Shown here: one piece after another, positions 30,501 to 38,300 of the stretch
Numbering within the stretch: position 1 is the first letter of the stretch
How the letters are laid out: every line of letters begins with the position of its first letter
Source of the DNA: Ignavibacteriota bacterium
Lineage (GTDB): Bacteria > Bacteroidota > Ignavibacteria > UBA10030 > SZUA-254
Assembly: GCA_963727845.1 (NCBI GenBank)
Contig: CAVSHI010000001.1
Location: forward strand, 87,308-151,307
Direction: 5' to 3'
Length of the DNA: 64,000 bases
Translations under genes and position numbers: made by a program
The notes under the pieces: model-generated
Seen by the model: only the letters and a program-made list of their open reading frames with translations
The model's database searches: none
Told to the model about the DNA's origin: nothing

Positions 30501-30829
30501 CCGATGGAATACGATCCTTCATTGTCAAAGATGGGCGTCCACGTCGTTCCTGCATTCGTCGTTTTCCAGACACCGCCCGATGCGGCCGCGATATAATAGT
30601 TGGTGTTGTCGTAGGGATTCACGGCGATCGACGATATCCTTCCGGCGTTCAGAGCCGGTCCGATGGAACGCAGTTTCAGACCGCCAAATGTCTCCGTCGA
30701 CATGGGGTCCTTCGATTTGGCTGCATCATCCTGCGGCGACCCCGTCTTCGGCATGTCACCGCTGATGAGCGCATGATTTAAAATCAGGCAGATGGGCATC
30801 AAAAGGATGAATCTTGAGAGGGTTTTCAT
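27518..30829 (-). CDS. Large secreted VPS10/BNR-repeat (sortilin-like) putative glycosyl hydrolase
   Basis: Signal peptide, RSIGPA...GRI, many S/TxDxGxTW Asp-box repeats and a coiled C-terminus. Confidence 0.88.
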   Translation of the reverse strand: MKTLSRFILLMPICLILNHALISGDMPKTGSPQDDAAKSKDPMSTETFGGLKLRSIGPALNAGRISSIAVNPYDNTNYYIAAASGGVWKTTNAGTTWTPIFDNEGSYSIGCVSIDPNNPMVVWVGTGENHSQRSVGYGDGVYRSDDGGKSWKNMGLKKSEHIARVLVDPRNSNIVYVASQGPLWGPGGERGLFKSTDGGTSWKNVLFISENTGVTDIVFDPKNPDVLYAASYQRRRHVWTLIDGGPESAIYKSTDAGATWSKLKNGLPSDDVGRIGLAISPVDSRVVYATIEAASKNGGFFRSLDYGASWEKRNDFVASAPMYYGTIVPDPRNVDRVYLMDMLIMVTDDGGKTFSRLGEKSKHVDNHAMWIDPANTSHYLVGCDGGLYESFDRAQSWAFKANLPVTQFYDVCVDNSTPFYFVYGGTQDNASVGGPSRTRNASGITNADWFVTTGGDGFQSRVDPEDPNIVYSESQYGGLVRYDRRTGEELGIQPLPEQGAMGLRWNWDSPLIVSPHSHTRLYYAANKLFRSDDRGDTWKAISDDLSRQIDRNALPVMGKVWGAEAVAKNASTSLYGNCTALFESPMKEGLIYVGTDDGLIHVTQDGGLTWTKIEKFPGVPERTYVSRLLASQLDVNTVYAAFDNHKNSDFAPYVLRSTDAGKSWESVAGNLPPNGPVLAIAEDHVNRNLLFAGTEFGLFFTVDGGTKWIQLKGGLPTIAVRDLAIQKRENDLVAATFGRGFYVLDDYTPLRSLRPELLAGDALTFPVKDAPMFILAQPLGGSGKADQGESFFTAPNPSFGATVTYYLKDALKTRREIRRDAEKEAEKKKQPVRYPTAEELRAEDEEETPSVILTITDSEGKVVRRLAGSSSKGVHRTTWDLRYPLPTLSSAPPPGSDETPEGGPLVMPGKYTVTLAKRVSGIVTQLGEPQTFTVYVPGQATMQTEDRKALVEFQQKAARLQRAFHGAVQVANEVKSRLGSIKRALQETAAPVDNLITEELSIESRLTTILRNLQGDNTLRSRNENSPVSIGDRISRSVDDGRTSTSRPTQTDIDAYTMSAESFGKELEKLHALVDVDLAGLEKAMERAGSPWTPGRMPEWKQE

Positions 30830-30940
30830 ATTCGTGGATTCCTTAAGAAATGAGATATACTTCTCTATTATAGAACGGTTCTTTGGAAATTGATAGGGAA
30901 ATTTACACTATTGAAAATAGATTAGCAAGCCATCACTCAC
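30814..30940. repeat. 127-bp direct repeat, copy A
   Basis: Matches 32944-33070. The 58-bp core (30883-30940) differs at 2 positions. It contains the MKTLS start, the RBS region and a minus-strand TATAAT. Confidence 0.9.
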
Positions 30941-31221
30941 GCGTTCACCTTCTCAGACTGTTCCTTGCTGATCTCAACTTCGTAATCTTTTGTTACTGTG
31001 AGGTAACGTTCATCCAGCAGGATCATACCGACTTTTTCATTATGCCGGCTGGCTTTCATCCCTGTTCACGGACATAGACACCGTGTCTATGTTGGTGTCT
31101 ATGTATGCTGTCCCAAAGGGCAATTGGGGAAGCGCTCTTATCTGGACACTTTGTCCAGATTTATGTCCAGATTCCACCTTTGGTCAAATCTCTTAGCGAT
31201 AATCGGGTCACAATGTCCCGA

Positions 31222-32772
31222 TTACTGAGCAGATTTTTTACGAGCGCCAGGCCCAAGCATATACTTTGACGAAGGTCCCTTACCGAGGAGATGGATGAGT
31301 TGAAGCTCCGCAAACCAGGCTAAGTGTCTTTGCGCTTTTTTATCGTTGTAATTAAAATGACCTGCATATTGTTTCTTGGTGACTTCGCCAATTGATTTAA
31401 TCCACTCAAAACCCTTTAGTTCTTCGATTGACAATTTAGAGAGCGATGGCTCTCCCGAGACCCTCCTGACGGCTTCAAGACTTCTTGGAAACGTGAGGGT
31501 GAGAAAAGGGTCGTTGAAAGCATACTCAGGCGAAGGCAAACCGTATTTCTCAGTCATTTCCTTAAACGTTCTCATGCCAAATCCAGTTTCTTCCATGTAT
31601 CCCATGAGATTGAACACGTATGTAAGAATCGGATTCCGACTGATTGACGGTGCCTTGAACGAATTCAACTGCTCCAATGAGATGGATGGTAAAGGTGCAC
31701 CAGGACTCTTCACGACAATCTTCTCGTTGTCAATTTCAAGAGAGCATTTGGCACCTTCAATTGCGTAATCTCTATGTACCAAAGCGTTGATCACTGCCTC
31801 ACGAAGCACTTCTATCGGGAAGTCGGGAACATCTTTGCGCTTGAATGAGGATGTGTCTTTATAATGCGGTAATGACTTCTTCAGCCATTCATTTACGAGA
31901 TCGGGGATTAGAACCAATGGCTGGTCAAAATCCTCTGGTTCGATCTTACCGCTACCATAGTTAACGTGTGCTTTCAGTACCGCTTGCTTGAACTTCACCC
32001 GTGGGTCCTTACCAAAAAGGAGAAGACCCGCACCGGTGGGACAGTACGTATTTCCTTTCTCGTCCAATTCCATTGACCCAAGATCCGCAAGGTAACTTTG
32101 GAAGTCACTGTCATTGAGGCGAAAATTGAGCTTGGCCTCTTTGACAAACTTTTGCAGAGCTTCCTCAGAGAATTGGGCGAAGTCGTACCTTGCAATTGGC
32201 TGCTTCAAGAAAGCAACTCCTCCTCTGCGTTTTGCCTCCTTGGCTCTTTGCTGGGCTTGTCTTAGATACTTCATATTCTCCTTCTCGATGATCTTCTGGT
32301 ATTCACGGTCGAACATGAGAACTTTGGCGCCTCGGTTCTCCATGAATTCAATCCCTTCACCTGCGACGGTTGGATCACGGTCCTGTATTCCCACGTAGAC
32401 AGTCCTGATACGAGCGTTTGTCACTCTTTTGCAACAACCTTTCTTCGGCAGATTCCTTTTTACACATGGCTCCAGCGTTGTAAAAAGGATGCAATTGTCC
32501 AGTTTTTTGTTGTGCAGCTTCCTTTCCAGCAGAGTATACTCAGCGTGATCGCCCTCCCTGAGTTCACCCCTATAAGCTGTTTCATGGGTGCCGTCGGCAT
32601 GAACCAGCACGGCGCCAACCTTTGGGCTGATCTTGCCATCATCTCTCTGCTCAGGCACGGATTTCTTCATTTCTTCCACGGCGATCTTCATGAACCTCTG
32701 TGGTTCGAACGTGGTGCTTCTTCTAGCCATTTTCGTGAATTGGTTGCGATAGAATGTGGTTTCAGTACTCAA
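31222..32772 (-). CDS. Fusion of a Zn-dependent cytidine/RibD-like deaminase domain, an HATPase_c_4 ('RecG C-terminal') domain and a winged HTH
   Basis: KVGAVLV...HAE...TTLEPC...C deaminase motifs; LREAVINALVHRDY...PG...RNP...MEETGFG ATPase-like motifs; C-terminal wHTH. The start may be the ATG at 32730. Confidence 0.8.
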   Translation of the reverse strand: MSTETTFYRNQFTKMARRSTTFEPQRFMKIAVEEMKKSVPEQRDDGKISPKVGAVLVHADGTHETAYRGELREGDHAEYTLLERKLHNKKLDNCILFTTLEPCVKRNLPKKGCCKRVTNARIRTVYVGIQDRDPTVAGEGIEFMENRGAKVLMFDREYQKIIEKENMKYLRQAQQRAKEAKRRGGVAFLKQPIARYDFAQFSEEALQKFVKEAKLNFRLNDSDFQSYLADLGSMELDEKGNTYCPTGAGLLLFGKDPRVKFKQAVLKAHVNYGSGKIEPEDFDQPLVLIPDLVNEWLKKSLPHYKDTSSFKRKDVPDFPIEVLREAVINALVHRDYAIEGAKCSLEIDNEKIVVKSPGAPLPSISLEQLNSFKAPSISRNPILTYVFNLMGYMEETGFGMRTFKEMTEKYGLPSPEYAFNDPFLTLTFPRSLEAVRRVSGEPSLSKLSIEELKGFEWIKSIGEVTKKQYAGHFNYNDKKAQRHLAWFAELQLIHLLGKGPSSKYMLGPGARKKSAQ

Positions 32773-32959
32773 AATTTGTAATTGTCTTTATCTTCATCGT
32801 AATGCCGGTCGTCATCATCCTGGTCATGATCGTCCTCGTCACTGGGCCCATTGTCGCCCCCCACCGCCGCCGTCTGTCGTTGTCTTCACTGCTGACGGCC
32901 GCATCATGCAAAAGCAAACGTGTGAATATCGGGAGGCAGGTTTTTGAGAGGGTTTTCAT
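32762..32959 (-). pseudogene. Short ORF starting like the VPS10 gene (MKTLS); probable remnant
   Basis: The start lies within repeat copy B. An alternative frame encodes the acidic run GDNGPSDEDDHDQDDDDRHYDEDKDNYKF. Confidence 0.35.
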
Positions 32960-33070
32960 ATTCCTTGATCCTTGAGAAATGAAAGATGGTTCTTTATTAT
33001 AGATGAGATTTCTTGGAAATTGATAGGGAAATCTACACTATTGAAAATAGATTAGCAAACCATCACTCAC
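32944..33070. repeat. 127-bp direct repeat, copy B
   Basis: Matches 30814-30940. Confidence 0.9.
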
Positions 33071-33260
33071 ACTTTTGCCTTCTCGTACTCCACGTTGTCC
33101 ATTTCAAATCTCGGGTCGCCCTGGACAATTGTGCACTCGGGGCGAAAGTCGACCACCCGGTTGCCTGTAACGCCGAGGTAAAATTTCGTCAAAATAAGCT
33201 TTCGTCGGAAGCCCTTTTTTTGTCCCTCGCTAGTTTGAGGGCATCGATAACGACCGCCAT
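33067..33260 (-). pseudogene. Small frameshifted ORF after the STAS gene (MAVVIDA...IVQGDPRFE...)
   Basis: GGAGG RBS before ATG 33260 and a stop after 23 codons; one extra A in the A7 run would give a 64-aa ORF ending at 33067. Confidence 0.3.
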
Positions 33261-33268
33261 TTGCCTCC

Positions 33269-33625
33269 TTAAGCGGGTATCAACGATGCGTAGTATTCCT
33301 TGGGATTGATACCCCTTTTTATCAGAGACCGCCTTGTCTGTGCATTGTCGATCGCAAGCTCAAGTTCTTCGGCGTCGTCCTGATCAAGACCGACGATTTT
33401 CACTTTTTGGTGGAACACATCCGCGTGCCAATCGAGATCGATGCACAACTGACCGAAGGCATGGTTGAGGAACGCGCTCGACAAAAACTCGTAATCTGTA
33501 AAGTCTACCGAAATAGTTTTTGTTGATGCTAACACCTTTCTGATTTCATCTGCCAATAACTTGCCCTTCTCAGGTGCGAGCAAGCGCGGTGTTTCCAGCA
33601 GCTTTACGACGAGGATGTTTCTCAT
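33269..33625 (-). CDS. STAS-like domain protein (DUF4325 type)
   Basis: GKLLADEI...ISVDFTDYEFLSSAFLNHAFGQL; start ATG at 33625. Confidence 0.8.
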   Translation of the reverse strand: MRNILVVKLLETPRLLAPEKGKLLADEIRKVLASTKTISVDFTDYEFLSSAFLNHAFGQLCIDLDWHADVFHQKVKIVGLDQDDAEELELAIDNAQTRRSLIKRGINPKEYYASLIPA

Positions 33626-33668
33626 AACTTTTCGCCTTTCATCGTGGTAAGGTTGCCATCGCAGTTTG

Positions 33669-34607
33669 CTAAAGACCAAAGATGATTCTCACAAGTATCC
33701 CAATTCCTAATGCGGTCATGATGCTTCCAGAAGTACCCAAGAGATAGTACTCAGCAAAGTCCTTGCTCTGTTCAAGTTCCTTGAAGCGGGCTATTGATTT
33801 GGCCGTCAGCACGAACGCAATTGCAGTGAAATTACCCGTGAGTACCAGTGTCAGGGTGATAATGCGCTCAAGTATCCCAATCCACTCTCCGACGTTTTCC
33901 TCGTTCTTTTTATCATCGCTGACGTTGCATGTGGTATCGCCTGCGCCGGCGCTCGTGGCGGTGGTCGTCGTCGTGGTCTCCGTCCTCGTTGTCACGTTGT
34001 TTATTATCGCGGTGCTGATGCTCGTTGTGGTTGTCGTATCGCTCTTTCCATTACTTAGGTTTTCGATGACCCGGCTGTAGAGTCCTGGAAATTTAGCGAG
34101 AATTCCCCGAACTATGAGCGTCCCGCCGTCGATGATGAAGAGATAGGCCGTGGTAATTGCGAGGAAGAGTGTGAATCTATCTCTGAGCATCACGGCGAGC
34201 TTCCCTGTTCCGGAAAGCACATAGGTTTCAGCGTCGACATACCAATCGTGTGGCGTAACGGGTAAGGCATATCGCCACAAAGTGTAAATCAATACACCCA
34301 TGAGAAGTTGTTTCGTCAGGAACACTTCGAGCGACTTCTGTGCGAATACATCCTTTGTCGGTTTTTTACCTGCCAAGTCGTAGAGTATGCAGACTGCGCC
34401 AATTGCGATATAGCCCGCAACGAGCTTGAGAGACAAAAACCCCAGTGTCCCCACCGTTAGTATGGCTAACAGCAGTGCCGCGCGGGCGATTATATTCCTG
34501 CTAGATAGGTTGTTTGATGGTGTCCAGATTGCACGCTTGAGGAAAAACTCATTCAGCGAGTACAAACAGACAAGTACAGCCAAGTATGTAAGATCGTGTT
34601 CGGTCAT
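33669..34607 (-). CDS. DUF3307-type multi-pass membrane protein
   Basis: About six TM helices and the C-terminal signature GEWIGILER...TAKSIARF...AEYYLLGT; adjacent to SatD. Confidence 0.8.
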   Translation of the reverse strand: MTEHDLTYLAVLVCLYSLNEFFLKRAIWTPSNNLSSRNIIARAALLLAILTVGTLGFLSLKLVAGYIAIGAVCILYDLAGKKPTKDVFAQKSLEVFLTKQLLMGVLIYTLWRYALPVTPHDWYVDAETYVLSGTGKLAVMLRDRFTLFLAITTAYLFIIDGGTLIVRGILAKFPGLYSRVIENLSNGKSDTTTTTSISTAIINNVTTRTETTTTTTATSAGAGDTTCNVSDDKKNEENVGEWIGILERIITLTLVLTGNFTAIAFVLTAKSIARFKELEQSKDFAEYYLLGTSGSIMTALGIGILVRIIFGL

Positions 34608-34648
34608 GCAAGATGCCTCGATGCAACCAGGTAATGTTGATTTAGCTG

Positions 34649-34722
34649 ATTCAACCTTTTAAGGTTGAATCTTGGAAAACAACCTTTTAAGGTTGAATCT
34701 CGAAAAACAACCCTTTGGGGTT
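34649..34722. repeat. Tandem 28-bp units each containing palindrome CAACCTT-TT-AAGGTTG (2 full copies, 1 degenerate)
   Basis: ATTCAACCTTTTAAGGTTGAAT at 34649-34670; second copy at 34680; degenerate third copy at 34708. Confidence 0.85.
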
Positions 34723-35347
34723 AATTGACTGTTGCGAGGAGTTGTCGCAGCACTTCAGATGCTTCCTCCACCTCCACAACCGCCGACGACCGCTTTGCCT
34801 TTGAGATTGCCTGAACAGAGATCCGTAAACGACGGGCAACTTCCTTCGGGCTTTGCTCTTTCAAGAGTTGGTTGATCTGCCGCTGTCGTGGTGTGAGCCG
34901 GGACCATTCCCGATCCATCAGGGCAACAAGGGCATTGGCCACTCGTTCCTTGTCAGAGTCAAAGGAGTAGCAGAGAGTTCGCTTCAGGCGTTTTGCGTCA
35001 CTCAAAGCTTGGCGCGCACGATGAAATGCCTCGCCGTCCATACCCAGAGCTGAGTCTTTTTTCAGCGGTGTAGAGAGTGAGCCTATCCCGACCCCGAATG
35101 CAAACGGTATCGGCTCCATGAGATCCTCAAACCGCCGCACCAGATCGTAGCTCTCCTCCGGCGTATTGAGCAGCCCCTGGAACTCGTCTCCAAGCGTAAC
35201 GAGAAATTTTGAGGCGATTGACCTCTTGAACTCTTCATTGATCGTTTCTATGGCAGCAGCAAAATTCCGCTGAACCTTTGCCCGCTCAAGAAGTGACCGA
35301 GAACGATTGATATCGCCGATGATGGCACAGTATGTTTTCTGTCTCAT
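34721..35347 (-). CDS. SatD-family protein (cyclase-like N-terminal fold plus C-terminal HTH)
   Basis: AIIGDINRS, TLGDEFQG, GVGIGSL, GMDGEAFHRAR and LTPRQ...PKEVARRLRISVQAISK. Confidence 0.85.
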   Translation of the reverse strand: MRQKTYCAIIGDINRSRSLLERAKVQRNFAAAIETINEEFKRSIASKFLVTLGDEFQGLLNTPEESYDLVRRFEDLMEPIPFAFGVGIGSLSTPLKKDSALGMDGEAFHRARQALSDAKRLKRTLCYSFDSDKERVANALVALMDREWSRLTPRQRQINQLLKEQSPKEVARRLRISVQAISKAKRSSAVVEVEEASEVLRQLLATVN

Positions 35348-35384
35348 ATAAATCTCTGTAGTTTGAATTTTTATAATTTCTTGG

Positions 35385-38300
35385 TTAACCCTTCACTCTG
35401 TCCGCCACCCACTTTGTCAGGTTCTGTCCTTCGAGTTTCGGAGATTGGTTCCCCTCTCTCACGAACACCTCATCGTCAAGGAGAACAATCTCCGGCTTTG
35501 CGACTGGAGTGAACCTCACGACACCTACCGTTCCCTCCGGCAGTTCCTCAAAAGTAACGTCGACTGAGCCCAACGGTTGAGGTTTGAAGCGCGATGAGAT
35601 CATCGCTCTAAGCTTCAACTCAAACCCATCCTTGTCGTGCTTATTGCAAAGCTTGTAATCTCCTCCCAGCCCTTTTACTTCGCCGGAATCTGAGACGCCA
35701 ATTAGTAATGTTCCTCCATTCGTGTTCAGAAAAGCACAGATGGTCTTGAGTGACGAGTGAACGACATCCTTCACCGTCTCTGCGTACCTTTGATTAATTT
35801 GGGCTTCAGGAACATGTTTAGCGCGAAGCGGTTGCTTGTACGCTTCCTGATCCACGTATTCGAGCGTTTCCTTAAACTCAAGTTGCGCTCCTTCGCCTTG
35901 TGATATCAGCATGAGTATGGGATGCGATTTCCAGTAGCCGGGCGGTTTCGACAGGATCATCTCACAGCGGGCCAGATGCGCTGCATATCTTTCTCCTACC
36001 GCATTCAGCACCCCTTGCGCCTCGGCAAGCTTTGGATATCGGCGGCAAAACCAAAGCTCAATCTCTTTGATATCTTCCTCAATCAACCCGTACAATTCGT
36101 AGATAAGATGATCTATTTCAGCTTGCTCATTGAGATGATAGCGATACGCCGGCTCCTTCTTTTGTTTCTCAACTATCGCGCCCACGAGTCTGCTTATTGT
36201 CTCGCTATGTTTTTCTGAGGAAAGTGCCAAGCCAAAATCCAGTACGTCGCCTTCTTGTGTGTGAACGGTGTGGTTATGATAAACCTTGAAGAGGTGTCTC
36301 GCCAAGAGAGAACATAGACACCCCAACAAGTATTCGTAACCAAGAATTTCAGTGAAAATTCCCGATCCGGTGTTCTGGAAAACAGACTCAGCGTTTAATC
36401 TGAAACTCGGACTATATTGGCCTGTCGGTGAAAACGAGATTCCACGTGTGAACCAGAAATCCTCATTGCGCAGTGCGGAGGCAAGTTTCTTATCGTCGCC
36501 ATCTCTGATTTTTCCCTTTTCTCCATAGTATCTTTTTCTGTCAGAAATCGTCAGAGACTTCATCCTCTTTATTGATTTGTATGACCAGTCTATGAAGTAG
36601 TCACAGGGGACGTAGTAGTTTGGCAACCAGCCGACTTCCGTGTCCGCTTCACCCCCCTTGTCGAACGGGACAAAGTGTTTTCCACCAAACCTGCTTGTAG
36701 GAATCCCATTGAGTTGCTCCTCTTCAGTGAGATCTCGGAGTTCTCTCTGTGTCAGAATGAGTTTTGCATCGACCTGTTCGTAACTTCCACCGATACCTTC
36801 TCGTTTGCGAACGTAGTACTCATTATCACCGGTTGAGATACCCTGGACGATAGATGCAATATCACCAAAACGTACAATCTCCACAGATTTACCGTTGATT
36901 TGGAGATTGCGGGCATCAACCGCTTTTTTTTCTATGAGGCCAACTTCTTTCTTCTTCTTATTCACTTGCTTGTCATCCATTGTCAGCGCAAAGAGCTTCG
37001 GGCTACCAATGAAGAACGGAAGGTTAGAGTTACGACCAACCAAGGCCTGTGCGTAAGTGTATCGCGCATAAGTTGCTGTTTGAAGGTCAACGCCGTGTGC
37101 TGCTACAGCGCCAAGGTTTGCATCAAGCGTGGTCCAGTCACCTGCTGGCAATGAGTGGAGATCGCCAGCAACTATATAATGCTTCTCATGGGCTCGCTCG
37201 TTTCTAAGTGAGAGGATGCAGGTGTTTACGGTCGCCTTGAAGATCCATGAAGGCAGATCGAGCACGTGCAAGACAGTCTTGGTCAGGAGATGTTTTCTCA
37301 GAGGTTTGTGCGTGCGAATGGTTCGCCAAGTGTCAGACACGATGAATGTGAAGAATCCTCCGGGCTTGAGCAGTTGGAGAGCACGGGCCATGAATAGCCC
37401 GTAGCTGTCCTTGCTTTGCGGAACTTCTCCCTTCACCTTGGGAAAATACTGGAACCGGAGCGGGTCTTCACACGCAACGCCGTATGGCGGGTTTGCAAGT
37501 ACAACATTGAAGCCGTCATGCCTGAATACCTCCGCAAACTTCACCCGCCAATCAAAAGAGTCCTTCGGTGCAGGACTATCCCTGAGCGCTTTAGTAAGTT
37601 GTTCCTCCTCTTTGAGAATCTCAGCAGCGCGTTGTTTTTTCACTTCATGGTGTGCGCGCATGTGCTCGCCTTTTAGCACGGCAATCTTGTCGGCGTGTTC
37701 AAGCAACACCTGCCGAAACAGATCAGGAATATCTTGTGGGTTTGGGGCAGTAAGGCTGTCACCAACTTCAATCTTGAAATCGAGATTCGGAAGTGGCGGT
37801 GGATCGTTGCCCTCAAAATCCACGGCGAGAGAAAGCCAAAGCCGCAGACGCGCAATGTTGGTTGCAAATGGATCGATGTCTACGCCGTACAGAGTGTTCT
37901 GGATGATATTGAGTTTTCGTTCGTAATCATCCTTTGCCGAGGGTTTATCCGTCCGGGTGTCGAGCAACCGGGTGATGTCATGTAACTCATGCAGCATGCC
38001 GAGCAGGTAAGCGCCGCTGCCGCAGGCCGGGTCAACTACGGTAATCTTCGCGATTTGGGTAAGCAACTCACGCGCTTGCGGAACGATGATCCCACTCGCA
38101 TCCCGTTCCTCGATGAGTTTCTCCCAGCCACCGAGGTATCCTTTGAGCGCCTCCCGGCACATGAAGGACACAATAGTGCGGGGTGTGTAGTAACTGCCGG
38201 TCTCGTGGCGGCCAGTTACCAGTTCCTCGAAGATCCGTCCAAGCATTTCCGGGTCAACAGCGACAGTGACATCGAGCGGCGTACTCTCGGTGACTGTGAA

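Noticed and set aside
30883-31077. Twin + strand ORFs starting MEIDREIYTIENRLA (also 33013..33309)
   Set aside because: They are by-products of the direct repeat; they use TTG starts and diverge exactly at the repeat boundary.
34649-34722. Possible mini-CRISPR array (28-bp palindromic repeats)
   Set aside because: The units are directly adjacent with no unique spacers, and no cas genes are present.
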